NCBI GenBank assembly: GCA_963832745.1
Contig: CAWHVC010000001.1
Coordinates: 640,001 to 704,000, forward strand
Length of the DNA stretch: 64,000 nucleotides
Source: Candidatus Bathyarchaeota archaeon
GTDB lineage: Archaea; Thermoproteota; Bathyarchaeia; Bathyarchaeales; Bathycorpusculaceae
Direction of reading: 5' to 3'
Shown: one piece after another, positions 1 to 10,489 of the stretch
How the letters are laid out: every line of letters begins with the position of its first letter
How positions within the stretch are numbered: position 1 is the stretch's first letter
Made by a program: the position numbers and the translations under genes
The notes under the pieces: generated by a model
What the model saw: the letters and a program-made list of their open reading frames with translations, nothing else
The model's database searches: none
Told to the model about the DNA's origin: nothing

Positions 1-3000
1 TATGCTTGGGCTGTCACACGTTGCCCCCGCCAATGCATACCAACCGCTCCAAACGTTAGTGTTGATGTTGTAGGTTCGATAGTAAACTCTGTTGTCTAAG
101 CCTTTTACTGCCAAAATCAAATGTGTACCGTTAGAAGCAAGCGATGGAGCCGCCGTGCCTAAGCCAGTTATAGGTGTCCAGCCTGAGAAGCTTTTGTCTT
201 GAAGATTAATCGAACCAAGCCATAAACTATTTCCATCTGAACCACACACTGCAAAGTAGAGTTTGCCGTTGCTGACTGTTATGCTTGGACTGTCAAGAGT
301 TAACCCGTTTGACAAAATATTCCAGCTACTAAAAGAATCAAAAGTTTTGTCATACTCAGCGTAATAAATTTCGTTGCTTGCCCCTCGAACACTCAGGTAC
401 GCTTTTGAAGATGTTGGAGTCGCTGTGGAGTCTATTGTTATATCATCCATGTAAACGGTTACGGGGGAATTGTTTACCCAGTAGACAACGCCGAAACGTG
501 CGCTTGCAATTACGTTAGCTGCACTTGTATCTTGATTTACCGCTGCCACTTCAACGTCATTAATTTTTAGTACCAATGTTTCTCCTGTTGCTGCATGAGT
601 GAAGTATACTTCAATTTTGTACCATACACCTTCTGTTGGCGCCGGAACGCTTGCACCTGCTACCACATAGGGCCATCCAGCATACTGTAATGCCCAATGC
701 GTGCCTGAAGAGTCAGCGCGAATACCAAAAGAGCCTAATGAATTAGCACCTGAGTCTACAAACTGTACAAGCCATAGTGCTTCCCCATTAGCTAAGGGTA
801 AACCATCAGCGATGTAAACGTAAGAGGTTGAACTTACCTCTGATAAACTGTTAAGATTCGTGTAGGCATATGCCCGTCTTGTACCTGTCCCGTCAGAAAC
901 GCTAAATTGTCCACTGTAGGCTCCACTGTGAACGGGATTTGAAGACGGTATTAAGGATCCGCCTGTTGTTGTGATTGTTCCCGTCCACGGGTCAAAGTTG
1001 CCCGACTCAAAGCCGTTTTCAAAAATGTGTTGACTTGGAGTCTTTGGAGTGAAAACTGCGGTTAACTGGTAATTTGCGTTCATAGTTACGCTACAGGGAT
1101 TTGCTGAACTGTAGTCTATTCCGTTTAGTAGCCATTGGTCAAACTGGTAGTCTTGCCCAGAAATTGCGGTGACCTGTGCTGTTGTACCTGAAGTATATGA
1201 ATAAGTTCCTGCTGTTGGGTTGGTTGTACCGAAACCTTGAACACCAATGTTAAGGTTGTATTGAGTGCCTGTACCTTGAATAATGGTTACGGTGTTGGTG
1301 TTTTTTGATATGCCGTCTTCTTTTCCATCGTTGGGGGTTACTTGGCAACGCCATTGGTCGCCTATGGTTAGGTCGCTGCTGGGGACAGCTGATGAACTGG
1401 TTAAGCCGTTGCGGGTTTCCTGATATCTTTGGTTAATCATTGCTGCGGAGAGTTCTGTTGGGTAAACTCTTATTTCGTCAAGGTACCCCACGAAGTCGTT
1501 GCCGCTGTTAAAGCCTATCTGCAGTGGGGAACCAGCCGTTCCGTTTATGTTTCCAACAATTGCCGTATTCAGATCGTAAGCGCGCTGTGCACCGTCAACG
1601 TAGATTCTTAGTCCTGTGCCTGATTTGTAGGTGCATACAACGTGGTGCCAATCGGTTACTGAGGGGGTTTGGTTAAACTTCAAAGTGTAAGTAACGTTTC
1701 CCGAGCATACATACCAAGTAAATTCAAGCTGCTGCAAAGCATTATTCCTGACGTCTACACGGTAAGAATTGATTGTTCTAGGCGAGTAAAGGTCAGGTTT
1801 CCAAATCAAACGTTCATTTTGTCCTGCGGTTGGCGATTTAATCCAGAATTCCAAGCTCATCTGAGACCAAGTTCCGCTTCCGCCCAAACTGTTGCTTTGC
1901 TCCCTAACAGTTACAAAGTCGTCGCCGTCAAAGTATAATGCGCCGCCTACAACACCGTTTGGAACCCATGTTGCTCCATAGATTGTTCCGTTATTGCCTC
2001 TGCCCGAGTAGTCTCTTGTAGTTGCGGTTCCACTGTAAACTTGTGTGCTGTCAGGTTGAGTGTCAAATGGCAGATTTATGCTGGTTATGGATTGACCGTT
2101 CTTGTACCAATTGTAAATGTTTGTCACTTTGTTCCCGTTAATGTCAGCTGTTGTTTGGTTGGCGCTTACCAGGTTTTGTTGGATAGAGTTGCCGCTGATA
2201 CTTGGTGTGCCTTGTGTCGGAGGCGTGTTTGTAATGTAGGGTGCAGTTGTGAACATGAAGTTGTGGCTTGTAGTGCGTCCTGAAGTGTCTGTTGCGTTTA
2301 CTTGCCACCGGTAGGTTGTAGCTGGAGCTAACCCGTTTACTGATAGGGTTTGTATGCCGTTGCCCACGTTTGTTTCGCTTCTTGAACCTATGTTAGGCGT
2401 GGTTGTAACTGTAAAGCTCATTCGTTGATCCAGAGGATGGTTAAGTCTAAATGATAACTGGTTAAGGCTAGTTGAAACATTGACTGCCCCAAAGGCTGGG
2501 GAGACTAAACTGACATCTGGCCATGGTCTATCGTAAGGTACATATTCTGAAGCGCCGTTTCGGCTTTCACCATAGTTTTGGACTTCTGTTCTTGCTCTTG
2601 GATTGGGAGCTATGCCGGGAGTGTCAAAACAGTATATTACGCCGCCCTGTGTCAACACAAGTAGCTCGTTTAAGCCGCCGTCGTTACGGTCAACATCTTG
2701 GACTACTGTGTCGATGGCTCGGTGGCGTAGGCCGGTGTTAACGTATTCGAGGTTTCCATTTTTATCATACACTTGAACTGTACCGTTGTCTGAATTGTTT
2801 ATGTAATCAAAAGTTGTAATTATAATATCCATGGCTCCATCGCCGGTTACTTCGCCAACGGTGGGTCCTTTCCAAGAACGCCCTCCTACTAGTGTAGTAT
2901 CAATTGAAAGGTCAAGTCGCCAGTTATACAAGTCCCAGACAGTGACGTAATCAAATTCGCCTTCAAAGCCATCACCGCTCAAGATTTCTAAACTGCCGTC

Positions 3001-4033
3001 GCTGTCAATATCATAAATGGATGATTGGTAATGGTTATGTCTGCCAGGTATGTTTGTCTGCAAAAGTGTTGTGCCCGCAGCGTTTTTCAAGGGGTGTCCA
3101 TCGGTAGAGTTTAGGACGCAGACGCCTGCGCTTAAATCGGTGGAAACTACGTCTTGTATGCCGTCCTTGTTAACGTCAGCAAGCATTGGTTTGTTGCTGC
3201 CTAGCTCCCCAATCGTAGACACGCCACCTGAGTGTGAGATTGTTTGCCCAAAAAGAGGTTAAGCCTCCGCCCCAGGCGCCGTCACCAAAGTAGACGTCGC
3301 GTTCGTTCATGTATAACTCGTAAGTACCATCATTATCTGTATCACCAAGCGATAAACCACCAGCACAAGGATGCCAAACTTGGACGCGCCCACGTTCAAC
3401 AATTGTGCCGGTTGAGGGGTTGTATTCATAGTGTATGATTTTTCCTGTCGTAGGTTGCTCTTCATAAGCCATCACACCTAGAAAGAGATCTGGATAACCG
3501 TCTGCGTCTGTGTCTCCCGCAACTGGGCCTGAATCAACTCTACCGCCTCCTAAATTGGTGGCGGAAAACATGACACTGCCATCTGTTGCATGAAGAATGT
3601 ATACGCCTGCTGGCTGTTGAAGGGGTACAACGATTTCAAGGTTACCGTCATTATCCATGTCTACCATTTGGGGTTGACATGTATCGCCTACGTTAGGAAT
3701 TGTTCTTGTCCAAATCTGTTGTCCTGTCCTGCCGTTAAGGCAAGTTACTCTGCCGCCGTCATTTGGGGCTACTGAACCGCCTGCATGGAAGATTTCTTCG
3801 CCGGGATGTGCCGCGTCAGTTAATACGTCAGCTGTTAGTAGTGCTTCTCCGCCGCCAGCTACGTAACCTGTCCATTTTAAAGTGTATTGTTGTGGAGCCG
3901 CCGCCGTGGCGGGTGAACTGTTGATGATTGGTATAAGAAATGAAACTGTAAGTGTTATCACTACAAGTAATGCTTTAGTTTTTGCAGAATTTAGATTAAA
4001 AAATGAGCTATTTTCAATTTTATTAAAAAACAT
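1..4033 (-). CDS. Large secreted modular surface protein (FG-GAP/VCBS propeller, Fn3-like, LamG, bacterial-repeat, CBM-like and second propeller); several frameshifts; runs off the window start
   Basis: ORF 3176-4033 has a signal peptide and DxDxDG repeats (DMDNDGNLE, DTDADGYPD, DTDNDGTYE). Reading the minus strand further across frame changes gives DYSGRGNNGTIYGATW (LamG), YNLNIGVQGFGTTNPTAGTYSY (repeat domain), IFENGFESGNFDPW and RGASNEIYY/SPSITVSNGKLYFAV (propeller blades). Confidence 0.7.
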
Positions 4034-4169
4034 TTGTTAATTTCTCCTTGCAAAAAAGCAAAGTAGCTATCGATTGAATACTGAGGTAGCTAACTTGATA
4101 TAAACAAATGTGATTGTCAACTCACAGCAACAAACAAGCCGTTGTTCAACTTATTTTGTGCCAGACAGT

Positions 4170-5984
4170 TTAGTGCTGAACGGCAGGGTTAACAGTGTCT
4201 GCTTTAACGTAAATATCAAATTTTCCGTTAGAGTAGACATAATTATACAGGTAATCCTCAGTTAGGCTACTGCTCAAAGCTGTGTACGTGTTGTTGCTAA
4301 ACGATAAATCCTGACGCATCGCCATAAGATAATACGTGTTAATTCTCAGAACAACTACATCGGGCGATTGACGGGTAAGATCAGGTGGAAAACCCAGCAG
4401 ATTAAGCCCCTTTGCCAAGTTCGCATAAGAAGCAAGCTGCTGGTCGTTTGTCATGCTTAAAGTTTCTTTTGAGAGATCAATGTTGTTAACTAAAAAGTTG
4501 AGTCCCAAATTTGCCGAAGGCGTAAAAGTATTGTAAGCTTCTTTGCTGTACGAAACAATTGGGAAAGTGCAAACTAGGAAAATAATAAACAAGAATACTG
4601 CGGAAATTTTTATTTTCACATGTTTAATGTCTGGCCCAACAATATATGACGCTAAGCATATAGAGCCCATTAGCAGAAAGAAAATCAGGCCTCTTCCTAA
4701 AAGATATCTTTCTCCTGATGAGGAAAAAAGCAGGTAACTCATAATGCCTGAACCAACCGCTGTTAACGTTAAGGTTAACCGCAGAGAAACCATTTTTCCG
4801 TCGTTTTTTTGTCGGTTTCTTAGTTTGAACAAGTTAACTGCAAGAATACTTAAAGTTGTAACAAGAAATATACCGTATATCAAAAGACTAAGCTGGCTTA
4901 TCTCTGGATAAATAAACCCTTGTCCACCAGTTGTCCACTCAAAACCCTTGACTAGATTTGTAAGGAAACTTAGATCAAAAACGTGCGACATAGAAGCGTC
5001 TACACCGATATAGCTTGGCGCTGCCATAAAAATGGTCCAAAGCCACCATGCGTCAACTAAGAAAATCAGCATTAACGGAATCTGAAACGTCCGCCTAACT
5101 ATATGATGAACTTTAAACGTTAGGCTGTTAAACTTTTCATTTTTAAGCGGCTTGCTTGTTAACAAATTAGCTGAATGCACCATCATCGAGTTTTTCCCAA
5201 ATAGTAGGTTTACAAATAAAACGGCGAAAAGGTAAATGCCCAAAAAGAGGGGAGAAATAGGATGTGTCAGTATAACGGCTACAATCAAAAATATGCTTGA
5301 AAGTAACGCTTTAGCGCCTTTGTATGTCAAAAGAACTAGTGATGCAAGCAAGAGTACAGTTCCTGTAGCGAAAGGTGAAACATGTGGTTCAATATAGTGA
5401 AGTGTGGGTAAAGCAAGCATCAGTGCTAAGAAAGCGGTTTTTCTGTTAAAAATTCTTGAAGTAAAAAAGTAAGCTAAACTGGAAATTAGGATGATGCAGA
5501 TCGGGGGAAAAATGTACAAGGTGTACGTAAAGGTGTCTATGGAAAACAAGTTTTCAACAAGATAAGTGATTATGAAGGAGAAAGGGTAACTTTGGCCATA
5601 TTCGGTTAGGGAGAAATTGGCGCCTGAGAGTATAGATGGTATATAGCTTGCAACGCCTCCATGCCAAAGGCTGTCTGGACTCCATGAAAAGCCGCCTACC
5701 AAAAAAGGCGTATAGTACAACATCAACGCTAGTTGGGCAAGCAGCAAAACGTGCAGCCATAAGGAGCTTTTTTGACGCAGAAAAACAACAAAACATACGC
5801 CTATAAATCCTGCCAGTATAATCCAAAAGTAAGGAAACAGCACGTTTATCATTGCAAGCGGGTCAGTCAGGGTTAAGGCGTCATAGTTAGAAGCTGCATT
5901 TACGACTAACAGAAGCCAAGAAAGAAATATGGCTGTTGCAATCAACGCTAGAAACTGCGGTTTCTTAATTACGTCCATAATCAT
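4170..5984 (-). CDS. Multi-pass membrane protein, putative GT-C-fold glycosyltransferase or polysaccharide polymerase
   Basis: 604 aa, more than 12 hydrophobic segments, PDSLWH loop after the N-terminal TMs, C-terminal Y-x-N-G motif; last gene of the glycosylation cluster. Confidence 0.55.
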   Translation of the reverse strand: MIMDVIKKPQFLALIATAIFLSWLLLVVNAASNYDALTLTDPLAMINVLFPYFWIILAGFIGVCFVVFLRQKSSLWLHVLLLAQLALMLYYTPFLVGGFSWSPDSLWHGGVASYIPSILSGANFSLTEYGQSYPFSFIITYLVENLFSIDTFTYTLYIFPPICIILISSLAYFFTSRIFNRKTAFLALMLALPTLHYIEPHVSPFATGTVLLLASLVLLTYKGAKALLSSIFLIVAVILTHPISPLFLGIYLFAVLFVNLLFGKNSMMVHSANLLTSKPLKNEKFNSLTFKVHHIVRRTFQIPLMLIFLVDAWWLWTIFMAAPSYIGVDASMSHVFDLSFLTNLVKGFEWTTGGQGFIYPEISQLSLLIYGIFLVTTLSILAVNLFKLRNRQKNDGKMVSLRLTLTLTAVGSGIMSYLLFSSSGERYLLGRGLIFFLLMGSICLASYIVGPDIKHVKIKISAVFLFIIFLVCTFPIVSYSKEAYNTFTPSANLGLNFLVNNIDLSKETLSMTNDQQLASYANLAKGLNLLGFPPDLTRQSPDVVVLRINTYYLMAMRQDLSFSNNTYTALSSSLTEDYLYNYVYSNGKFDIYVKADTVNPAVQH

Positions 5985-5987
5985 CGT

Positions 5988-7313
5988 TTACGTCACAACA
6001 GTAGTCTTAAGATCCGACCAGACAGAATTCAGTTTTCCAGTTTTAGACAAAGCAATTTCGTCTACAAATGAAATGTTGAATTTCACTTCACCCGTCGTGA
6101 TTTTTAGAAATTCTTCTAGGTGCTTCTCAAACTCGGCGGAAACTTGGTAAGGGTTAAGTTTTAATGGAGAGGCCATTTTCAAGTAGACTTCAAAATAGTC
6201 AACGCTTTTTTGGTGGATTCTGTATTGGTCTATATCATTGTAGTGTTTAAATCGGCTGACCGCAAAGTTAAACACCATTGGAGACAAAACACGGTTTCCC
6301 GGAAGCATCAGAAAAGAGTCCTTGCGACCCTCAACTATCTTCATCAAGGGCAAACTGCGTCCACATACACAGGCCTCATCTGAAGGTACACCTATGTCCC
6401 CGATGGAATACCTGATAAACGGCATTGAAAAATTGAACAAACTCGTATAAGTAACCATTCCGCGTTCGCCGGGTGCAACGGGTTCACCGTTTTTGTCCAA
6501 AAACTCGGTTATTACGCTGTCAACATCCATGTGATAACCATCGCGTTCGAGGCATTGCCATGCCGACCGGTCAATTTCGGCGCAACCGAACTGATCGCAG
6601 TATGGAGCTTCGAAAGCGTCTTCGACGTATTTGCGGGATTCAAGATCAATAAACTCGGCGTTTCCTAAAACAAGGTGTGGCTTGATTGTTTTTAGTCCTT
6701 GCCGTTTTACTTCTTTGGCGAGCATTACCAGTGAACCTGAGTACCCATCTAGAATGTTAGGTTTTGAATCGCTGATCAGTTTTAGCTTTTGGTCCGTTGA
6801 TTCAAAAAGTGAAATGCAGTTTTGGGCGTAAAAACCTATTTTTCGTTGTAGTCCTGTGGTGTCCTTAAAATGAGTCTGTGACGTCAATACCACCCAGTTG
6901 TCTCTTGCTTTTTGTCCGCAGGCAATGTTTGCTCGCATGTAGATTGCTTTTCTCCATGCATCCTCTGTTGAGTTAATGTACACTTCAAAGGGGGTTCCAG
7001 TTGAACCGCTGGTTTTGACCCTCTTTAACTTGTTAAGGTCAAAGTTTGAAGAAACAATTTGACTTGACGGTTGCTTCTTGAATTCTTCCTTTTTAACAAC
7101 TGGAAGTTTGTGTAAGTCCTCAATTTTTCGGATACTGTCAACATCAACGCCCGCGTTTTTGAAGTATTCATGGTAGAATGGCACGGTTTCGTAAGCGTTC
7201 TTAACTATCATGCGGAATTTTTTGTCCTGATACTTTTTTAGCCGTTTTTTATCCCAATGCAAACGTCTGTTAGCTAAACCTAAAAAGTATAGCACTTTAA
7301 CGATGTTTACCAT
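5988..7313 (-). CDS. Phenylacetate-CoA ligase/CapK-family adenylate-forming enzyme
   Basis: AYETVPFY, KTSGSTGTP P-loop, FGCAE, PFIRYSIGDIG, EGRKDS and SKTGK motifs. Confidence 0.85.
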   Translation of the reverse strand: MVNIVKVLYFLGLANRRLHWDKKRLKKYQDKKFRMIVKNAYETVPFYHEYFKNAGVDVDSIRKIEDLHKLPVVKKEEFKKQPSSQIVSSNFDLNKLKRVKTSGSTGTPFEVYINSTEDAWRKAIYMRANIACGQKARDNWVVLTSQTHFKDTTGLQRKIGFYAQNCISLFESTDQKLKLISDSKPNILDGYSGSLVMLAKEVKRQGLKTIKPHLVLGNAEFIDLESRKYVEDAFEAPYCDQFGCAEIDRSAWQCLERDGYHMDVDSVITEFLDKNGEPVAPGERGMVTYTSLFNFSMPFIRYSIGDIGVPSDEACVCGRSLPLMKIVEGRKDSFLMLPGNRVLSPMVFNFAVSRFKHYNDIDQYRIHQKSVDYFEVYLKMASPLKLNPYQVSAEFEKHLEEFLKITTGEVKFNISFVDEIALSKTGKLNSVWSDLKTTVVT

Positions 7314-7324
7314 TTCGTTACCTC

Positions 7325-8521
7325 CTATTTGTTAACGTCTAAATGAATGCGTGTTTTGCGGTCTATCGTTTTCCAGTAGACTGATTTTCTAAATGATGAA
7401 AATAATCCGATAACCAGGTAGAATTGGTGAAGAATAAAACTTGACAGAAAACCGCCAATAGGCTTAACCGCGAACGAGGAAACCGACGTCATTATCAGGA
7501 CTGTTCCAGCTAAAGTGTAAAGCCAAACATCCTGTGCAAACACAACATAGCTTACAAGGAACGCTGAACCAGCAATAAAGAGTACTGGGCATAAACCGAG
7601 CATGAGAAGTTTTAAGGGAAAAACGATTCGCCCGAACGCGCCATATTTGCTGTCAAGCGTTATATCGCGGTTCCGTATGAAAACTTGCAGGAGCCTTTTT
7701 GCCCTGCGAATTTTTTGAAGCCTATGTTCCTTTAGGTTTTCGGGTGAAGGCTCAAACACGATTGCGTTAGGATTATAGATAAACCGGTAGCCCTGTCGAA
7801 TTACGTTTATCGCGATGTTTCCATCTGTGCTGCCGTAGTCTTTCGGAATGGGTGAAGAAACCTTTGATTTGTCATAAACTATCAAGGGTCCGTTTCCAGG
7901 AAAAGCCGAGTGAAGAGCGCTTTCGGCAAGCATGGATTCATGATAGAAACCTCTGTATGATGTTTCACTTCTTTGAGCAACTCCTTGCCCCTCGAAGACC
8001 GGCTGAATATAACCTGTCACTCCACCTGCATTCTTAAAACCCTTCAAGGCGCTGACAGCGTTTCTTAACGCATTCTTTTCCAGCAGAACATCAGAGTCAG
8101 TAATGCAAACCAGGTTATTTTCGGCTTTTGTTACTGCATCATTAAGTGACCTGTTTAAGCCCATGCGGTTTAGGTTACGGATTACTTTCCCGTAGAGCAT
8201 TTTTTCTTTTATCTTTTTTTCAGCTATTTCAGCGGTGCCATCGCTTGATGCGTCATCGTAAACTAACACTTCCAGTTTATCTTTTGGATAGTTTAGTTCT
8301 GAAATGTTGTCGATTTTTCGTTCGATAACTTTTGCTTCATTAAAAGTTGAGACGATAATTGAAACGTTCGATAAATTAGCGTCAGCTGTGCCCTGAAAGG
8401 TCTGTAGTGACTTCAAAAAGTCAGCGATTGATTCTTTACGTTTTAAAACAAAACCAAAATACAAACCGTAAACTGCCGCTGCAGTTGAAATCAGTGCTAG
8501 GCCTAACGCTAAAAAAATCAA
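7325..8521 (-). CDS. Family 2 glycosyltransferase, membrane-bound (CesA/IcaA-like)
   Basis: FNEA, DDASSDGT, TDSD, TD, QKIRR (QxxRW-like) motifs; N- and C-terminal TM helices. Confidence 0.85.
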   Translation of the reverse strand: MIFLALGLALISTAAAVYGLYFGFVLKRKESIADFLKSLQTFQGTADANLSNVSIIVSTFNEAKVIERKIDNISELNYPKDKLEVLVYDDASSDGTAEIAEKKIKEKMLYGKVIRNLNRMGLNRSLNDAVTKAENNLVCITDSDVLLEKNALRNAVSALKGFKNAGGVTGYIQPVFEGQGVAQRSETSYRGFYHESMLAESALHSAFPGNGPLIVYDKSKVSSPIPKDYGSTDGNIAINVIRQGYRFIYNPNAIVFEPSPENLKEHRLQKIRRAKRLLQVFIRNRDITLDSKYGAFGRIVFPLKLLMLGLCPVLFIAGSAFLVSYVVFAQDVWLYTLAGTVLIMTSVSSFAVKPIGGFLSSFILHQFYLVIGLFSSFRKSVYWKTIDRKTRIHLDVNK

Positions 8522-9414
8522 AGAGGATTAGTCGCCTCCACTTTAAGTTCCTGATCTATTGAACTGTAGATGCTTATTTGCTGATTCACTTCAGAGACGG
8601 CTTTAAGCAGGATAGGGTTGAAGCCTTTTGACAAGCTGAAATTGATGAATGCAGCTAAATCTTTAGGTAGGCACATTCCACCAAAGGGTTTTCCGCCAAT
8701 GACTCCGTAGCTGCCAATTCGGGGGTCAAGAGCTGCGGTTTCCGCAATCAAGTTTGAGTCTAAGCCTAACTTGCGGCTTATCAGGTATATTTCGTTGAAA
8801 AAAGATATTTTTGCAGCCAAGAAAAGGTTAGATGTATACTTTATCATTTCAGCGGTATCTAAATCGGTAAAAACCAAGGGGCATCTGAGCGGTGAATAAA
8901 TCTTTTTCAGTACATCGCCTGATTTCTGGTTTAAGGCACCAATGACGATTCTGCTGGGGCTTAAGAAGTCTTTTAGGGGGCTTTGTTCGCGTAGAAATTC
9001 GGGGTTCATGCAGACGCCAAAGTCTTCTCCAGCTTTAAGGTTTGAAAGGTCCTCTATGAGGGGTATAAGTTTAGTTCTGGTTGTTTGCGGGGGAATAGTG
9101 CTTCTGAAAACTAGTACTTTGTAGTTTTTGGTTTTTGTTAAGGCTTTAGCTATTGTTCGCGTGCAATCATTAATGTAGGTTAAATCTATTCTACCGTCAA
9201 CAGTGGGTGTGGGAACGCAGATAAAAATTGCTTCTGAACTGCTAATTGCATGCGCAATATTGTCGGTTGCTTCATAACCAGTATTTCGCAGTGCCAACAA
9301 TTTGTTTCGATCTATATCATGGAATAGGACTTTGTTACCGTTAAAAGCAAGACCCATTCCGGTGGCTTGACCAACTATGCCTGAACCAATTATAGAAATA
9401 TTCAATTTTTTCAC
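8518..9414 (-). CDS. ugd: UDP-glucose/GDP-mannose dehydrogenase family, short form
   Basis: GSGIVG Rossmann, CVPTP, RSTIPP, NPEFLRE, AEMIKY, FGGMCLPKD with catalytic Cys; only 298 aa. Confidence 0.85.
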   Translation of the reverse strand: MKKLNISIIGSGIVGQATGMGLAFNGNKVLFHDIDRNKLLALRNTGYEATDNIAHAISSSEAIFICVPTPTVDGRIDLTYINDCTRTIAKALTKTKNYKVLVFRSTIPPQTTRTKLIPLIEDLSNLKAGEDFGVCMNPEFLREQSPLKDFLSPSRIVIGALNQKSGDVLKKIYSPLRCPLVFTDLDTAEMIKYTSNLFLAAKISFFNEIYLISRKLGLDSNLIAETAALDPRIGSYGVIGGKPFGGMCLPKDLAAFINFSLSKGFNPILLKAVSEVNQQISIYSSIDQELKVEATNPL

Positions 9415-10241
9415 TTTCCTCTCAAAAAATCGTTTTTTCTTAATTCAAAGAAACTTTCCTTGATTATTCGATTAAAAATGGCAAAACCGTGCCTTAACTT
9501 CAGTTTTTTGTCACCGACACGCTTACGATACGGAATATCAATCTCTTTTATCCGATAATTCTGCAATTCAACATGATGATTCAATTCGACTTCAATGTCA
9601 AAACCTTTTGATTTCGGAGACCAATCCTTTAATGCGCTCCAGCGGATAACTCGAAGGCCAGTTAGGGGGTCATTAAGTTCTATGCCGTTCATGAGGTTGT
9701 GTGCAAAAGCCAACATTTTGTTTCCTAAATAGAACATTTTTCCGCCAGTGATACATGGTAGATGCGAGTTGAAACGGTTGCCGCATACCATTCCGACTTG
9801 GGGGTTTTCTTCAAGGATCCTTATCATTTGTGGTACGTATTCAGCTGGGTATGTGTAGTCGGCGTCGGTTAAAATTACGTAATCAATTTGGTCTTTGTTC
9901 ACATGGTTTAACGCGTAATTGATTGCGTTACCCTTGCCTTTGCCTGTTTGAAAAACAACGTCTGCGCCTAAGCTTCGTGCTACATCTACTGTTCTGTCCT
10001 TGCTGTGACCGTCTACGACAAGAAAGTGCGGCGTTCGAAAATCGTTAAGGTAATGTTTTAACTCGGTTATTGTGTATCCTATGCCTTCTTCTTCGTTTAA
10101 CGCAGCCAGTAAAACTAGAGTAGAAGAGGTTTCTACATTGGTTGTTATGCTCAAAAGTCTACATGCCCCTTTGTTACACGACAAAGTGCTTTGCGTTTGA
10201 CACTGAAAAATTTTGAAAAAGAAGCCGCTTTTTAGCAGCAT
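9411..10241 (-). CDS. Family 2 glycosyltransferase (dolichol-phosphate hexosyltransferase-like); true start probably ~30 codons downstream
   Basis: ALNEE, VDGHSKDRT, GKGNA, DADYTY, R-V-G-D-K-K motifs. Confidence 0.85.
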   Translation of the reverse strand: MLLKSGFFFKIFQCQTQSTLSCNKGACRLLSITTNVETSSTLVLLAALNEEEGIGYTITELKHYLNDFRTPHFLVVDGHSKDRTVDVARSLGADVVFQTGKGKGNAINYALNHVNKDQIDYVILTDADYTYPAEYVPQMIRILEENPQVGMVCGNRFNSHLPCITGGKMFYLGNKMLAFAHNLMNGIELNDPLTGLRVIRWSALKDWSPKSKGFDIEVELNHHVELQNYRIKEIDIPYRKRVGDKKLKLRHGFAIFNRIIKESFFELRKNDFLRGK

Positions 10242-10489
10242 TAACGATTTTGCCGTTTTAAATCAGGCTGTCTGTCTCTCGCGTAGTAAGCGCTTTTGCC
10301 GTTGTATTTGATAGATAGGCAGGTTATCGGTTTAAAGGTATGTGATTGTTAAATGCCTACAATAAGCTAAAATGTTCTAAAACGCATCGCTGATTTGTAT
10401 ATTGATTGTCTATGGGTATTTATTGTCAGGGCATTATTGTATATCCTTATAAATGGGCAAGTTATTTTTTGAGTACGGAGTTAACCGGT

